A stretch of 63,113 nt of DNA, the filler included, from Conidiobolus incongruus B7586 (taxonomy: Eukaryota), in the NCBI GenBank assembly GCA_000697335.1. It is 16 parts of 16 records of this genome, joined end to end, with 100 filler letters (N's around TTAATTAATTAA, not from the genome) between each part and the next. Parts side by side here need not be neighbours in the genome. Positions count along the whole stretch, not along the records: positions 1 to 4,356 come from JNEM01007220.1; positions 4,457 to 6,544 come from JNEM01007221.1; positions 6,645 to 8,143 come from JNEM01007225.1; positions 8,244 to 9,469 come from JNEM01007229.1; positions 9,570 to 13,401 come from JNEM01007233.1; 11 more parts are not named here. One strand, written 5' to 3'. How positions within the stretch are numbered: the stretch's first letter is position 1; every line of letters starts with the position of its first letter. The notes beneath the pieces were generated by a model, which ran no database searches, had not been told where the DNA came from, and worked only from the letters and a program-made list of their open reading frames with translations. Made by a program: the position numbers and the translations under genes. Positions 1 to 13,501 of the stretch are shown here, in pieces.

Positions 1-2653
1 TATAGTATATTATTTATAAACATGATTATCATTCATTTTATTCCTGAAACTATATAATTAATATTCTAAAATTAATAACATATATATATATATATATAGA
101 ATTAATAATATTTAATACTAAAATTTATAAATTTTTTGATACTTATTTTTATACTTAATATAGTCTAAATTAAATAATATTAATATACTTTAAAAAAATT
201 ATTTTTTTGGTTTTTATTAGGACTAAACAAATATATATTAATGTCTAACTTAGGGAATTAAAATAATATCCCCTAAGAATATTAAATACATATAAAGCTA
301 TTATATTTTTTAGAATATTATATATAAATTTAATATTGATATTAATTGAAAGTTTTAAAATCTTATAAAGCTAAGTTAATATTACTAAAAAACAAAGAAT
401 ATCATATATTATCCTATAGGAAATAATGGGAAATTATGGTAAATCTCGTTAAGTTTATTAAATATAAAAATATTACAAAATTAATTCCATATTATTCAGT
501 AATTATTGTATTAGATATTATATTATAATTAATTTATATTAAGATATATAATTATTATCTATTAATATAGATATTTTACTTCAAGTATTGATTTTAAATA
601 AATGGGATATTTATATCAAAATAAAGGAAAGTGGTTTAATAATATAATGATTATAAATTAATTGAAGTTTTTTTTATTAAACTATAGGTCTTTAAATAAA
701 CATACAATTATATATAATAATTTAATAAACAAAATCAAAATATAATAGTTTAAATCTAAATTATATTTAAATCTCTAATATAATAGAAAAACTAGAAAAT
801 CCATTGATATTTCCAATATATAATATTGAAATATATATTGTATTATTTTAAAAATAATATTATTGGATTAATTATATAATTTGAATAATGACTATTTTTA
901 TAAAATATTAAAATTATTTATATAATTCAAATAACTCATTTTCTATATATATTATTTTTTATATTTTATGTAATTCTGAAAATAAATACTATATAGCCTT
1001 ATAATAGATCAATATTTAAAATAAAATTAAATTTATTAATTAATTTAATCATATTAAATAGTTCAGTTAAATTTTAATTTATTAAAATATTAAATTAAAA
1101 TCAATAAATAGTGAGCATAAAAAAGGATTGATTTTTGGAATATATTATTACTAATAAAATCTTAAAAAATATATTTATTTATTGCCTTAAAACTTAGAAT
1201 ATATATATTATTTTTATTTTCAATAATTTAAATCATTTCAAATTTTTTTTAAATTTTATCATAATATATTGCAATTAAGATATTTTAAAATACAAAAACA
1301 TCTGAGTCCTTAAATTGATAATTGAAGAAATACAAGAATACACTTAATGAAAAATCTATGATTTAGTTAATCAGTCAAAATTTGATCAATTCCATTTTAT
1401 AATTATTATCTAAGATAAAGAAATTATAAAGTACCTTTATTATTATATTGATTGATAATAGAATTTTAAATTTTTTATCATTATTTGAGTAATTAATTTA
1501 TAAAAATATTCATTATATGAAATATAAGAATAGATATAAAATTATTTTTTAAAAGTTATATTATATTTTCAATAATTATTTATATCTTTATTATTTATAA
1601 TATTAAAGAAAGTATACAGTTGTTAATATATATATATATTTATATATATGACAAAATTAATTTATTAAATTTTTTTATTTTAAAACTAAAAATTAAATTA
1701 TTTTTAATTATAATTTTAAACTTATTTTAATTTTATATTCAAATTAAAAATAATTTAAAGATAATAAAAAAAGTAAAAATTTAAACTAATAATTAAAATT
1801 TTTTAAATAATATCAAAGATATTGGAACCAATATTCTAAATCCTTTATACTCAAGTATAATTTAATATTTTAAATGTAAAATTAATAAAATATATGAAAC
1901 TTCATCTAATTTGCAAACAATATCAATTTCACATACTATAGGATATAGGTAACTAATTCTATACTTGGTTTAAATCTGACTTAATCACCATAATTGATAG
2001 TCAAAATAAAGATGATCCACTTCTCCAATATAAATAAAAAGATCCAAGCTCCTATTCACTTATTGAATTATCCTGAATTTAATACCCCAAAAAATCCTTA
2101 ACAATCTTACTCAACTAAAAAATTAACATTTTTGAATATCCTTAATCGATTTAATCAATTTCTTAAATTAAAATTAATAATTTAATATATTAACAAAATG
2201 AAATATGGTTAAAAAATAATTTTAATAAAAATAAAATGATTTCATCTTTGCTTTTAATTATATAATCCGTTTATATTAAATAATATAAGACTAAGTTGAT
2301 CTAATTTTATTTAGTTTATTCTAATTATAAATTTCTCAAAATATATCTATTAATACTAAAATTGAAATAATAAATATTATTAATAAATTAATTATAAGTT
2401 ATTATTTTTGTTTTTTAATTACCAATTTAGTAAATAATTTAGTTATAAAAAATAATAATAATAAATAAAAGAAATTTGATTATTAAATCAAATGTAGGGG
2501 TTTAAAAAAATAAAAATTTATAAAACTATAAAATAAATATTAGGAGATTTTTATAGTAATTTAAGGAATAATTTTAAGTAAATTAGAAATATTGAAGCTT
2601 ATAAAGACTTGGTTCCTTTATAAAAAATATTTTATTAAAAGAGTTGATTTAAT

Positions 2654-2887
2654 ATGAAAATAAAATCTTCTATAATTTCTCTATTCTTCTCAACCTTAAC
2701 ATGTCTACCTCACGAAAATGAAGAAGAAAATTTAGATGAAAAGCAAAAAGAGCAGAGTGTAAAGAATGAAAATACAATTGATGTAGTGAAGGGAATTGAA
2801 TGGAATCATTATTTTAACAGTAACACCACTGAAATGGATATAACATTGCCTTTCGATTATAGTTGCAATACTATCGTTGTTGAATAA
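2654..2887 (+). CDS. Putative small secreted protein (77 aa), orphan
   Basis: ATG ORF with a signal-peptide-like N-terminus (MKIKSSIISLFFSTLTC) followed by an acidic segment. TATAAAAA lies ~30 nt upstream. No recognisable domain. Confidence 0.35.
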   Translation: MKIKSSIISLFFSTLTCLPHENEEENLDEKQKEQSVKNENTIDVVKGIEWNHYFNSNTTEMDITLPFDYSCNTIVVE

Positions 2888-3404
2888 AAATTACCCATTT
2901 GAATAGTTAAATTTAGTCACTTTGGATATTGACCAATTTAATTATTTTGCAATTTCTGATATCATCAGATTTGTATATATTAATGTAATTATATTCTTGA
3001 TGGTTATATTTGTCAAAAGTCATTTTATTATAATAGTACAATGGTAAAATACATATTGTTAATATTAGCTCTATCAAATATCAAAACAAATTATGTAAAT
3101 TATAATTAATAATATTTTATTAAATAATCTTTATGAGGACTATTCTAAAATACCAAAATTTAAAATCACTTTGTAATTCATATTCCTTTATAACTTTATA
3201 GGATTCAAATTTAGTTAATTAATTCATACTTTGAGATACTGGATACCTTGATATTGAATAATAAATCTTTATTTCAATTAATTCATCATATTTTGATAGA
3301 AATTGGAAAATAACATAATAAATAAATTATAAAATTAAATATTTATTTAATTTCCCTATATAAAAACTAATGATTCATTAGCTTAGTAAATATATAATAT
3401 ATTA

Positions 3405-3870
3405 TATTGATGGAGAATAATCTTGTCAATTACTCAAGAAACTCCAATTGCCACAGGATTCAAGAAGTCACATTGGAGATATCACATCCCATTAACTAGT
3501 TGATCCTATTACTTTCTGCCTGTAAGTCATTCATATCCACAAAAATCAACAATGGAATCTAATATAAGATTATCATAAGCAAACTAATAAACATATCTTC
3601 TATCTTCATTTTCAAAAGTATACAGTCTCTAAGTTTTTCTTGTAACCCTCACAAAAGTGTTGAGTTGTGATGAGCGTGAGATATTTACTTTATTCAAAGA
3701 ACCCAATTCGTAGCAAGTTATTTTCACCTACTTTGGTGAACCCCAATAATTTCCCTTAATTCTGTGGTAATTTATTGTTTACTACTGGCGATTCCCTGTT
3801 TAAGCTCGTAAAACCCATTGTTGTCAGCGTTAACTCCTGACAATATAAATCTATAATCTTTTGTTACTTA
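3405..3870 (-). pseudogene. Possible decayed coding remnant, unidentified
   Basis: Locally GC-richer. One minus-strand frame reads protein-like (IKGNYWGSPK*VKITCYELG...RLYTFENEDRRYVY*FAYDNLILDSIVDFCGYE*) but has several stops. Confidence 0.2.
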
Positions 3871-3999
3871 GTTGCTTATCTACCAAATTAAATGATTAGT
3901 TTAATTTTTCAATTTAAAATCAATATATTATATAGTGCTTGAAAATAAAAAATATAATAAAATCATATTGATTTTTTTTTCCAATATTAACTGATTTAT

Positions 4000-4356
4000 A
4001 TAAGTATTATTTTGTCTTTTTAATTAAATTTAATTGTAATTTTAAATATTATAATATATATATAATTTATTTAAAATAAAAAAAATAATTTGATAAATAT
4101 AAAACATTATTTTATTATTAACTGAAATTAAATTAAATTCTTATTAAAAAACTATTTTTTGAAATTCTTATATATATTTCTATATAATTCAATTAACTAT
4201 AAATTATATGGTTAATATATGCTTTTATAACTAAATTAATTATATAAATAACATTGAATTATTTAATAAATAAGGTTTTTCTTTTTTTCTCAATTTTTAT
4301 TATTTTTTATCTTTTACATTATTCTTAAAATTAAAACTATATTTTATAAATATTAT
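4000..4356 (-). mobile_element. Fragment of dispersed repeat family C (probable LTR retrotransposon gag region)
   Basis: Similar to 36650-37000 and to the reverse complement of ~20150-20500 and ~14040-14190. Boundaries approximate. Confidence 0.5.
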
Positions 4357-4456
4357 NNNNNNNNNNNNNNNNNNNNNNNNNNNNNNNNNNNNNNNNNNNN
4401 TTAATTAATTAANNNNNNNNNNNNNNNNNNNNNNNNNNNNNNNNNNNNNNNNNNNN

Positions 4457-6544
4457 TAATAATTAATTGAAATATCAAATTTAATAGTTTATTTAAGATA
4501 ATTTTTAAATTTAGAGGTTATTTATAATAATAAAAGAATTAAAACTTAATATATCTATTTTTAACTTTTCTAATTTCTTTAAGCTTATAAGATATAAAAT
4601 TAATTAATTTCTTATATTAAAAAGGTTTAATTTTTTCCAAGCTTTTTATTTATATTCTTAAAATTAATTTAAATTTTTTAATAAAAAAAGCATTGAATAT
4701 TTTTAATTAATCTTAATGATATTTAATTAATTTATAGTTAAGGAATTTAAGAATCTATTTTATAACTATATTTCTTTTATTCTTAAGCTATGTAGTAAAA
4801 AAAATAATAGTATACACTAACCTACAAAAGTGAGTTATAAAATCAAAAATATATATATTTTAATTAATAACTAAAACAATTATATATATTAGATTACTTG
4901 AAACTATAATGTATAATTAAAGTATAATATTTAATAATAAATAAATATATTTAGATATATTTATTAAATTATTAGCAAAAATATTAACTATTAATATTTA
5001 ACCAAGGTGAGTTATAAATTTGTGGGTTTTTGAGATAAAGGGATATATTTAACAATATATAACTATATCTTTTTTCTCTCTGCTATTATTTAATATAATA
5101 TTTTACAAATATATTAAATTCTTTTTATTAGTATTATTATACCTAAATCCCTCTCTAAAAAACCACTTGTATATTAATCAACTTTATAAAGAAGGTAAAT
5201 CAACTTGTAATATTGTTAGAATTACTAGTGTTAACTAGTCTATTATAGCTAGGGTTGTTATAAATAGCAATAAAGAAACTTTAAACTTAAACTTAAATAT
5301 GTTAAAATTATAGATGAATATGATGAGAAGTATATTTGTAGGTTGGTTAGTATAGGTAAATATAATACTATTATAGAAATATAACAGGAATTATAAGACT
5401 ATATAAGAATATTAGTTAACACTGATACTATTATACATACTTTATGTTAACATAGATACTACTTATACTTTAAGAAAAAACACCCTTAACTAAAGAAATC
5501 CTATTATAAAGCTAGGTGGGAGTTTAAATATTGTTACTAATATTAAATTAAAACTAATTAGAGTAAGGTTATTTAGTCTAATGAAACAAAAATATACTTT
5601 AGTAGATTTAATAAATAAGCTAGATACTTTAGAAAAAATATAGAATTACTTTGTAACCATCATGTTAATTTTACCCAAAAGTATAGTGGTGGGTTAATTA
5701 TTATTTAGGGGTATATATTGTCTTTAGGTATAAAGTATCTTTGTAAAGTTAATGGGGGAATTAATACTAAGATATACTAAAGTATTCTAAACAATAAATT
5801 GAAAAAAAAACTATTGAATAATATAGGTTAAACAAATCTGATGTTATTTTCTAGAAAGATAATGTTTTTTACTATACTATAGCTTTTACTACTAAATAGC
5901 TTAAAAATAACAAGATAACAGTTATAAAGTAGCCTCTTTAATTTCTTAACTTTAATCTAATTAAACATCTTTAGGATTAGTTAAAAAAAGTTATTAATGT
6001 TTTCCCCCTAACAAAAAATTTAGATCAACTTTAAAAATATGTTTAAGAAGCATAGAATAAAATTAACCCTTCTTAGTGTAAGAAGTTAGTTGATTTTATA
6101 TCACATAAACTTAAAAAAATTAGAAAAGCTAACAGTAAATATACTAGGTTTTAATTTTTTTTTATCACCAAAAACCTATAAATTTATAACTTACTTTAGG
6201 TAAAATTTAAGGGTTTATATTTTAACCAATTAATAGCTAAATATTATCATTTAATGATATATATAATTAATAAATATAATAGATTTTAATTATTTAATTT
6301 AGGTTTATTTCATTAAATATTAATCAAGTTATTAGTAAAAATATAAGTGTTTTTGATTTTATAACTCACTTTTGTGGGTTAGTGTAGAAAAGGTAATATT
6401 ATTTTAAAAGGTAATATTATATTTGTTTAACCTATTTTATTCAATAGTTTTTTTAATTTATTATTAAAATATTTTAATATATTTTAATATTAATTGCTTA
6501 ATTAATACTATAAAAATATTTTATATTTAAATATAATATATATT
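4457..6544 (-). mobile_element. Old degraded Tc1-like copy (family B) interrupted by a younger family-B copy
   Basis: 4457-4812 and 6387-6544 are colinear with the minus-strand copy at ~15230-15590 and ~15590-15750 respectively. Confidence 0.7.
4815..6384 (+). mobile_element. Full-length Tc1-like DNA transposon (family B, DD34E), inactivated by transitions
   Basis: TA-flanked TIRs: CACTAACCTACAAAAGTGAGTTATAAAATCAAAAA and TTTTTGATTTTATAACTCACTTTTGTGGGTTAGTG. The transposase frame retains degenerate VIWSDETK, QQDN and WPPQSPDLNPIEHLW motifs with many TAA/TAG stops. Confidence 0.93.
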
Positions 6545-6705
6545 NNNNNNNNNNNNNNNNNNNNNNNNNNNNNNNNNNNNNNNNNNNNTTAATTAATTAA
6601 NNNNNNNNNNNNNNNNNNNNNNNNNNNNNNNNNNNNNNNNNNNNTATAATATTATTATAGAAATATAATAAAAATTATAAAGCTATATAAAAGTTATAAT
6701 TAATA

Positions 6706-8013
6706 TTACCTTGAATTTAAAATAATGGGAAATTTTTTAATTTCCAATTTTTCAAACATATTATTAGTTTGAAACAAATAAATATTTACAAAGTTAATAG
6801 GAAATTATATATTGTTAATATATATATATATATATATTAGTTTTTTTGATTAAAAAATTAACTTTTTAAAATTGGTTGTTTAATTTAATCATGCTTAAAC
6901 CAAATAATGATCATCAAAAGTTTTTTATTTTGGTATTAGTAAAACTTAACCATAAACCCTCTAAAATTATTTAAAATTTACAAGTAGCTTTTGGTAATGA
7001 AGCATTATCTAAATCAACAATTTATTGTTAGGTAAATTACTTTAAAGCTAAAAAAGAAACTATTCAAAACCTGCTAAAATCTAAAAAACCAACTTTAACT
7101 TTCACTCTTTCAATTGTAAATAGAGTGAAAAAATATATTGAAAAGCACCTTTATATTTCAGCTAGAGAATTATCTAAGCACTTTAATATTAGTTTTACAA
7201 GTATTTTATATATTTTAAATTTTAAACTAAAATTAATAAATAAAAATACAAAGGGTACCTTATAATTTAACTAAAGCTTAAAAAAAAGCTAGAGTAGCTA
7301 TTGTTAAACAAAACCTATTGAAATATTACCAGAAGCCTAGACTTTTACAGCAAATAATTACAATTGATGAATCTTAAATCCCTATGTATAATCCTTTACC
7401 AAAACATAAATCAAGATGCTAGATTAAGCTAAATCAACCCCCTCCACAAATCCTTTTAAATAAGCATTTTATTAATAAGCAAATGTTAATTATTGTAATA
7501 GGTTATAATAGTATATGCTATTCTTATTTAGTTCCTGAAGGAAAATTAATTAATAGTAAATTATATATTGCTTTTTTAAATAAAAGTATTTCTAATTGGT
7601 GTTCTCAATATAATTTGAGAAGATTTATTATTTTGCATTGTAATTGCAAAATACATAAATCTAAAGCTATAAAAAACTTTCTAATTAAAAATAACTGGAA
7701 AGAATTACCACATCCAGTATATTCTTTTGATTATAACCTATGTGATTATAATTGCTTTAGGTAATTAAAAAACCAGCTTACAGGAAAGAAAATTTCTGTA
7801 AGAAAATTTAATTAGTTTGTGAAATATCAAATTTCAGTCTTTAATAAAAAGAACTATTTTTTAGGTATTAGAAGTTTGCTAAAAGTATAGCAAAAAGTTA
7901 TTAATAATAAAAGAAACTATTAAATTTATATTATATATTTATTTTTATATATTATATATTCAAATGTTTATTTTTAATTGCAAAAAATTCCCATTATTAA
8001 AAATACAGAGTAA
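6706..8013 (+). mobile_element. Full-length mariner-like DNA transposon (family A, DD34D), inactivated
   Basis: 1308 bp, TA-flanked imperfect TIRs (TTACCTTGAATTTAAAATAATGGGAA and TTCCCATTATTAAAAATACAGAGTAA). The frame from ATG 6891 contains (W)VPYNL, ITIDES*, LH(D)NCKIH and LPHPVYS(P)DYN(P)CDY. Includes track ORF 7483-7764. Confidence 0.93.
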
Positions 8014-8243
8014 TATTAATATTACTATATATATTTTATATTAGTATAATTGCTATTTATATTTTAAATAAAACACCCTTAATTAAAAAAATCCTAATAT
8101 AAAGTTAAATAAAAGATTAAATGTTATTATTAATATTAAATTANNNNNNNNNNNNNNNNNNNNNNNNNNNNNNNNNNNNNNNNNNNNTTAATTAATTAAN
8201 NNNNNNNNNNNNNNNNNNNNNNNNNNNNNNNNNNNNNNNNNNN

Positions 8244-9469
8244 AAATTAACATTTGAATATATAATATATAATAATAAATATATAATATAAATTTAATAG
8301 TTTCTTTTATTATTAATAACTTTTTGCTATATTTTTAATAAACTTCTAACACTTAAAAAACAGTTTTTTTTATTAAAGACTAAAATTTAATGTTTTACAA
8401 ACCAATTAAATTTTCTTGTAAAAATTTTCTTTCTTGTAAACTGGTTTTTTAATTGCTTAAAGCAATTATAATTATATAGGTTATAATCAAAAGAATATAC
8501 TAGATGTAGTAGTTTTTTCCAGTTATTTTTAATTAGAAAGTTTTTTACAGCTTTAGATTTATGTATTTTACAATTATCATGTAAAATAATAAGTCTTCTT
8601 AAATTATATTGAGAATACCAATTAGAAATACTTTTATTTAAAAAAGCAATATATAGTTTACTATTAATTGATTTTCATTTAAAAACTAAATAAGAATAAC
8701 ATATACTATTATAATCTATTACAATAATTAACATTTGCTTATTAACAAAATATTTATTTAAAGGAATTTATAGAGGGGGTTGATTTAACTTAATCTAGCA
8801 TCTTGATTTGTGTTTTAATAAAGGATTATATATAAAGATCCAAGATTCATCAATTACAATTATTTACTGTAAAAGTTTAAGCTTCTAGTAATATTTTAAT
8901 AGGTTTTGTTTAGTAATAACTACTTTAGTTTTTTTTTAAGCTTTAGTTAATTTATAAGGTACCTATTTTATATTGTTATTTATTAATTTTAGTTTAAACT
9001 TTAAAATATATAGAATACTTGTAAAACTAATATTAAAGTACTTAGATAATTTTCTAGCTGAAATAAAAAGGTACTTTTCAATATATTTTTTCACTCTATT
9101 TATAATTAAAAAAGTAATAGTTGAAGTTGGTTTTCTAGATTTTAACAGGTTTTAAATAGTTTCTCTCTTAGCTTTAAAGTAATTTACCTAGTAATAAATT
9201 GTTAATTTAGATAATACTTCATTACTAAAAACTACTTGTAAATTTTAAATAATTTTAAAGGGTTTATAGTTAAGTTTTACTAATACTAAAATAAAAAACT
9301 TTTGATGATTACTATTTGGTTTAAATATAATTATATTAAACAACTAATTTTAAAAAGTTAATTTTTTAATCAAAAAAACTAATATATATATATATTAAAA
9401 ATATATAATTTCCTATTAACTTTGTATATATTTATTTATTTCAAACTAATAATATGTTTGAAAAATCAG
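8244..9469 (-). mobile_element. Mariner family A copy, both ends in assembly gaps
   Basis: Reverse complement of ~6745-7970 with scattered transitions. Confidence 0.9.
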
Positions 9470-9619
9470 NNNNNNNNNNNNNNNNNNNNNNNNNNNNNNN
9501 NNNNNNNNNNNNNTTAATTAATTAANNNNNNNNNNNNNNNNNNNNNNNNNNNNNNNNNNNNNNNNNNNNATTAAGTCTTCCTCTGTACTATATTAGTTTA
9601 ACTACCACTACACTTACAG

Positions 9620-10746
9620 TTTCACAAACCAATTTAATTTGTTTGCAGGAATTTTTTTTCCTGTAAGCTATTTTTTTAATTGTCTAAAACAATTATAATC
9701 ACATAGATTATAATCAAGTGAATATACTAGATGTGGTAACTCCCTCCAATTTTTTTTATATAAAAAATCTTTTACAGCTTTAGCTTTATGTATTTTACAA
9801 TTATCATGCAAAATAATAGGTGTCTTTAATTTATATTGAGAACACCATTTAGAAATTGTTTTATTTAAAAAAGTAATATATAACTTACTATTAATTGATT
9901 TTCCTTGAGGTATTAAATAAGAAAACTATATACTATTATAATCTATTACAACAATTAATATTCACTTATATTTAAAGTGTTTATTTATTAGAATTTGTAG
10001 AGGGGATTGATTTAGCTTAACCCAACATCTTGTTTTATTTTTAAGTAAAGGATTATATAAAGGAATTTAAGATTCATCAATTACAAGTATTTGCTGTAAA
10101 AACCTTTGTTTTTAGTTATACCTTAATAAGTTTAGTTTAGCTATAGCTACTCTAGTTTTCTTTTAAGCTTTTGTTAAATTATAAGGTATCTATTTTATAT
10201 TTTTATTAATTAATCTAAGTTTAAACTTAAGTAAATATAACATGCTTGTATAATTAATATTAAATTGCTTTGATAATTCTCTAATAGAAATAAAAGGGTA
10301 TTTCTTAATATATTTTTTTACTCTATTAGTAAGTGAAAGAGTAACAGTAGAAATTAATCTTTTAGATTTTGGTAAATTTTGAATAATGTCCCTTCTAGCT
10401 TTAAAATTACAAATCTAGTAATATATGGTAGTTTTAGATAAAGCACCATCTCTATAAGCTGTTTGCAAGTTTTAGATGATTTTAGAGGGTTTATGGTTAA
10501 GTTCTAAAGATACAAAAATAAAAACCTTTTGATAATCACAATCTAGTTTAAGCATGATTAAATTTAAGTGTAAATTTTAAAATCAAAATATTTTAATAAA
10601 AATAATAATTAAAATTGAATATATATATATAGTTTGAAAATATTTATTTTCCTATATATTTTATATATATATAATCTTTCAAAATGTATAATATGTTTGA
10701 AAGATCAGAAATTAAAAAATTTGCCATTTCTTAATTTCTATACTAA
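9620..10746 (-). mobile_element. Mariner copy, divergent subfamily A'
   Basis: Colinear with family A but with a distinct N-terminal sequence (DGALSKTTIYY*) and a variant 5' TIR (TTAGTATAGAAATTAAGAAATGGCAAATTTT). Confidence 0.85.
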
Positions 10747-13501
10747 TATTACCTCATAATTACACTTTGCATAATCATCAACATCACATGTTTTTTGCTT
10801 TAAATAATTGTGAAAAATATTAAAGGAAAGACCAATAATTATGATTTGTTTCTATTAATGAATAGACTATATTAATTTCAAAAATGAATAATAAAATGTT
10901 AGCATTATTTAAAATGGTTATCACCTCAATATTTAACCATGATATTATAGCCATGGTCTTCAGATTGAGGATAATTATAATTAACTTTTGTTGACAATAA
11001 ATTAACATAAAATTAAATAACTATTATCACTGATATTGCAACTAATTTGAATAATTTTTCAGATATCATTCTATTGTAAATTTGGTATTTTAGATTATAG
11101 TTTATTGTCATCAATTTTCATACTAAATACCAATTTCTCAACTCTTAATGCATTGAAAAATTATAAATCAAATATATACTTTGGAGAAACTTTGGTAAAA
11201 TTAATATTTACAAAGTATAATAATTAAGATGATTTTATTGAATATCAAATAAATAATTTATAATTTATATTTATTAAAATTGAACAAAGATTTGGGGTAA
11301 AAAAATTTGTAGTAAAATTTAAAAATTATCACTATTAATTAATATGATTAACTATTGTATAGTAAATACAAAAATTCAACCAAGAAATTATAAGTGATTA
11401 TCAATAATTTGCAACTCTTAAAATCAGAAACAATAATTAAAAAATAATGGTTTTAAACCGTTCACTGTATCTACAAAATTTAGTAGAATTGTCAGTGATA
11501 TTAAATCCGTGATCATGTTCAAATTAATTAAATTAGGTTAATTAATTCATGTGATGGATTGAGTTTAATAATAATTAATGCGTATGGTGAATTTTATCCA
11601 ATAATTGTACACTAAGTTGATAGATTGATGAGCATAAAGATTGTAATATAAATTTTATGCTATTTAACAAATTAAAGATTTTTAAAAAATTGCTCATTTT
11701 GAAAATGTCTTCATCTACTTATGTATTAATCTCAAATTAATTTCTAATATTTTTGAAAAAATATTATCTAGTTTCTAATTAATTGTCATTTTAACTTCCA
11801 TCAAATTTTAGTTAATTTTAAGTTGCCAAATATAGAAAATCTCAAATATTTATTTCATGAAAAGTTCTAAATTTTTGCTTATAATTTCCAACAAGTTTGA
11901 AATAAATATTGATACTTCAATAGTAAGAATCAATAATCATGATCTGGGATAATGCTGAATAGATTTATGTTCTAATATTATATTCTATCGTTAACTTTAT
12001 ATTAATTACAAGGATATTTATTATTTTCGACTATATTTCTGATTTCCGTTATTTTTATTTCAAAATTAAAAATTCTATTCAATGATTTATAACGCTGAAT
12101 TTAATGAATTTTCTGTATAACAATAAATACATTTACTTCTTAAATATCTTGTCTGATATTTTTAAATAGAATTATTACTTCAGTTCCAAAATACTCATAG
12201 ATTTTGTATGAATATCAATTTCATGGAATAATAATTTATTTGATTGCAATATTTTATCATAATTTGGTTCTCTAGATTGGTGCAATTATAAATTGAGAGC
12301 ATTTTTTTTTAAATTCAAACTGTTTTAAAATCAACAAAAGGCAGTTAGATATAAATAATATTTATAACAATATATACACTATTTAGGGATTATTAATTTT
12401 GGAATATGAATATCTAATATCAAGTAAATTTGTAAAATTATACCAAGGAAATAATGTATTGATTAAAATAATCACAAATTATTTAATTTATCAAATTAAT
12501 CAAAAATTTACACTTGAAAAAGAATTTTTCAACTTTGTGAGTACCCATCTAGATCTAATTATTATACTCTCATTAAAAAAAGAAAAATTCGGAAATAAGA
12601 ATATAGTGATATGATTAATATTTGTGTTAGTCATTACTTGAGATTTTGCCATTTTAATTATTATTTTTTTTTCATATTCTATATTTTCTACTGCTACCCC
12701 AAATTGTTTGACAATTCACTCAGCTAAATTAATCTACCCCAAAATTTTTCAATTTTAACTGAAAAAAATATAATTATCATTAATTTTAATGTGACATTTT
12801 TAAGGATAAAAATTACTCATATGTTTCCTATATTTTGAAGTGGGTACATCATTAATTTCAAAGTATCAATAAAAGACAGCTTGATCCTTGTAAGCGCTTT
12901 TTTTGAATCTAACACTCCTACTCTCTGTTAAGAACATAATATGATTCTATGATAAATCCATCCTGAGAAACCTACCTCTAATACAAAAATCTGAATTTAA
13001 ATTAATTTCTAATTTCCATTTTTTCAAATGATAAGAACATTTTAAAGGTGAGATTATGAAATATGTTAGGTTATATTCAATTTGTTATTCGAGTATTTAG
13101 TATAGATTAGTTTAAGTTAAAAATCTAATGACTTTTATTATTATAATTATATACCAAGTTGAATAGTAAATTTTATGAATTATTATAATAATTATTATAT
13201 TTATTATAAAATTTATAATATCTGGATAACTTTATATAAAACTATCAACCGTCGGTAAAAATAATGACAAATATAATAAAGTTGATTAATAATTTTCAAA
13301 TAATTTATTTTTTAATTAAATTTTTTATTTGATTAATATTAATTATAATATAAAAGAATTTTTATATATTTTATTTAAAAAATATTCTTGAATATAATAA
13401 ANNNNNNNNNNNNNNNNNNNNNNNNNNNNNNNNNNNNNNNNNNNNTTAATTAATTAANNNNNNNNNNNNNNNNNNNNNNNNNNNNNNNNNNNNNNNNNNN
13501 N

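Noticed and set aside
1..1600. Possible retrotransposon pol (RT/RNase H) remnant
   Set aside because: Only faint motif echoes (e.g. YKAKLI). Too degraded to support a call by eye.
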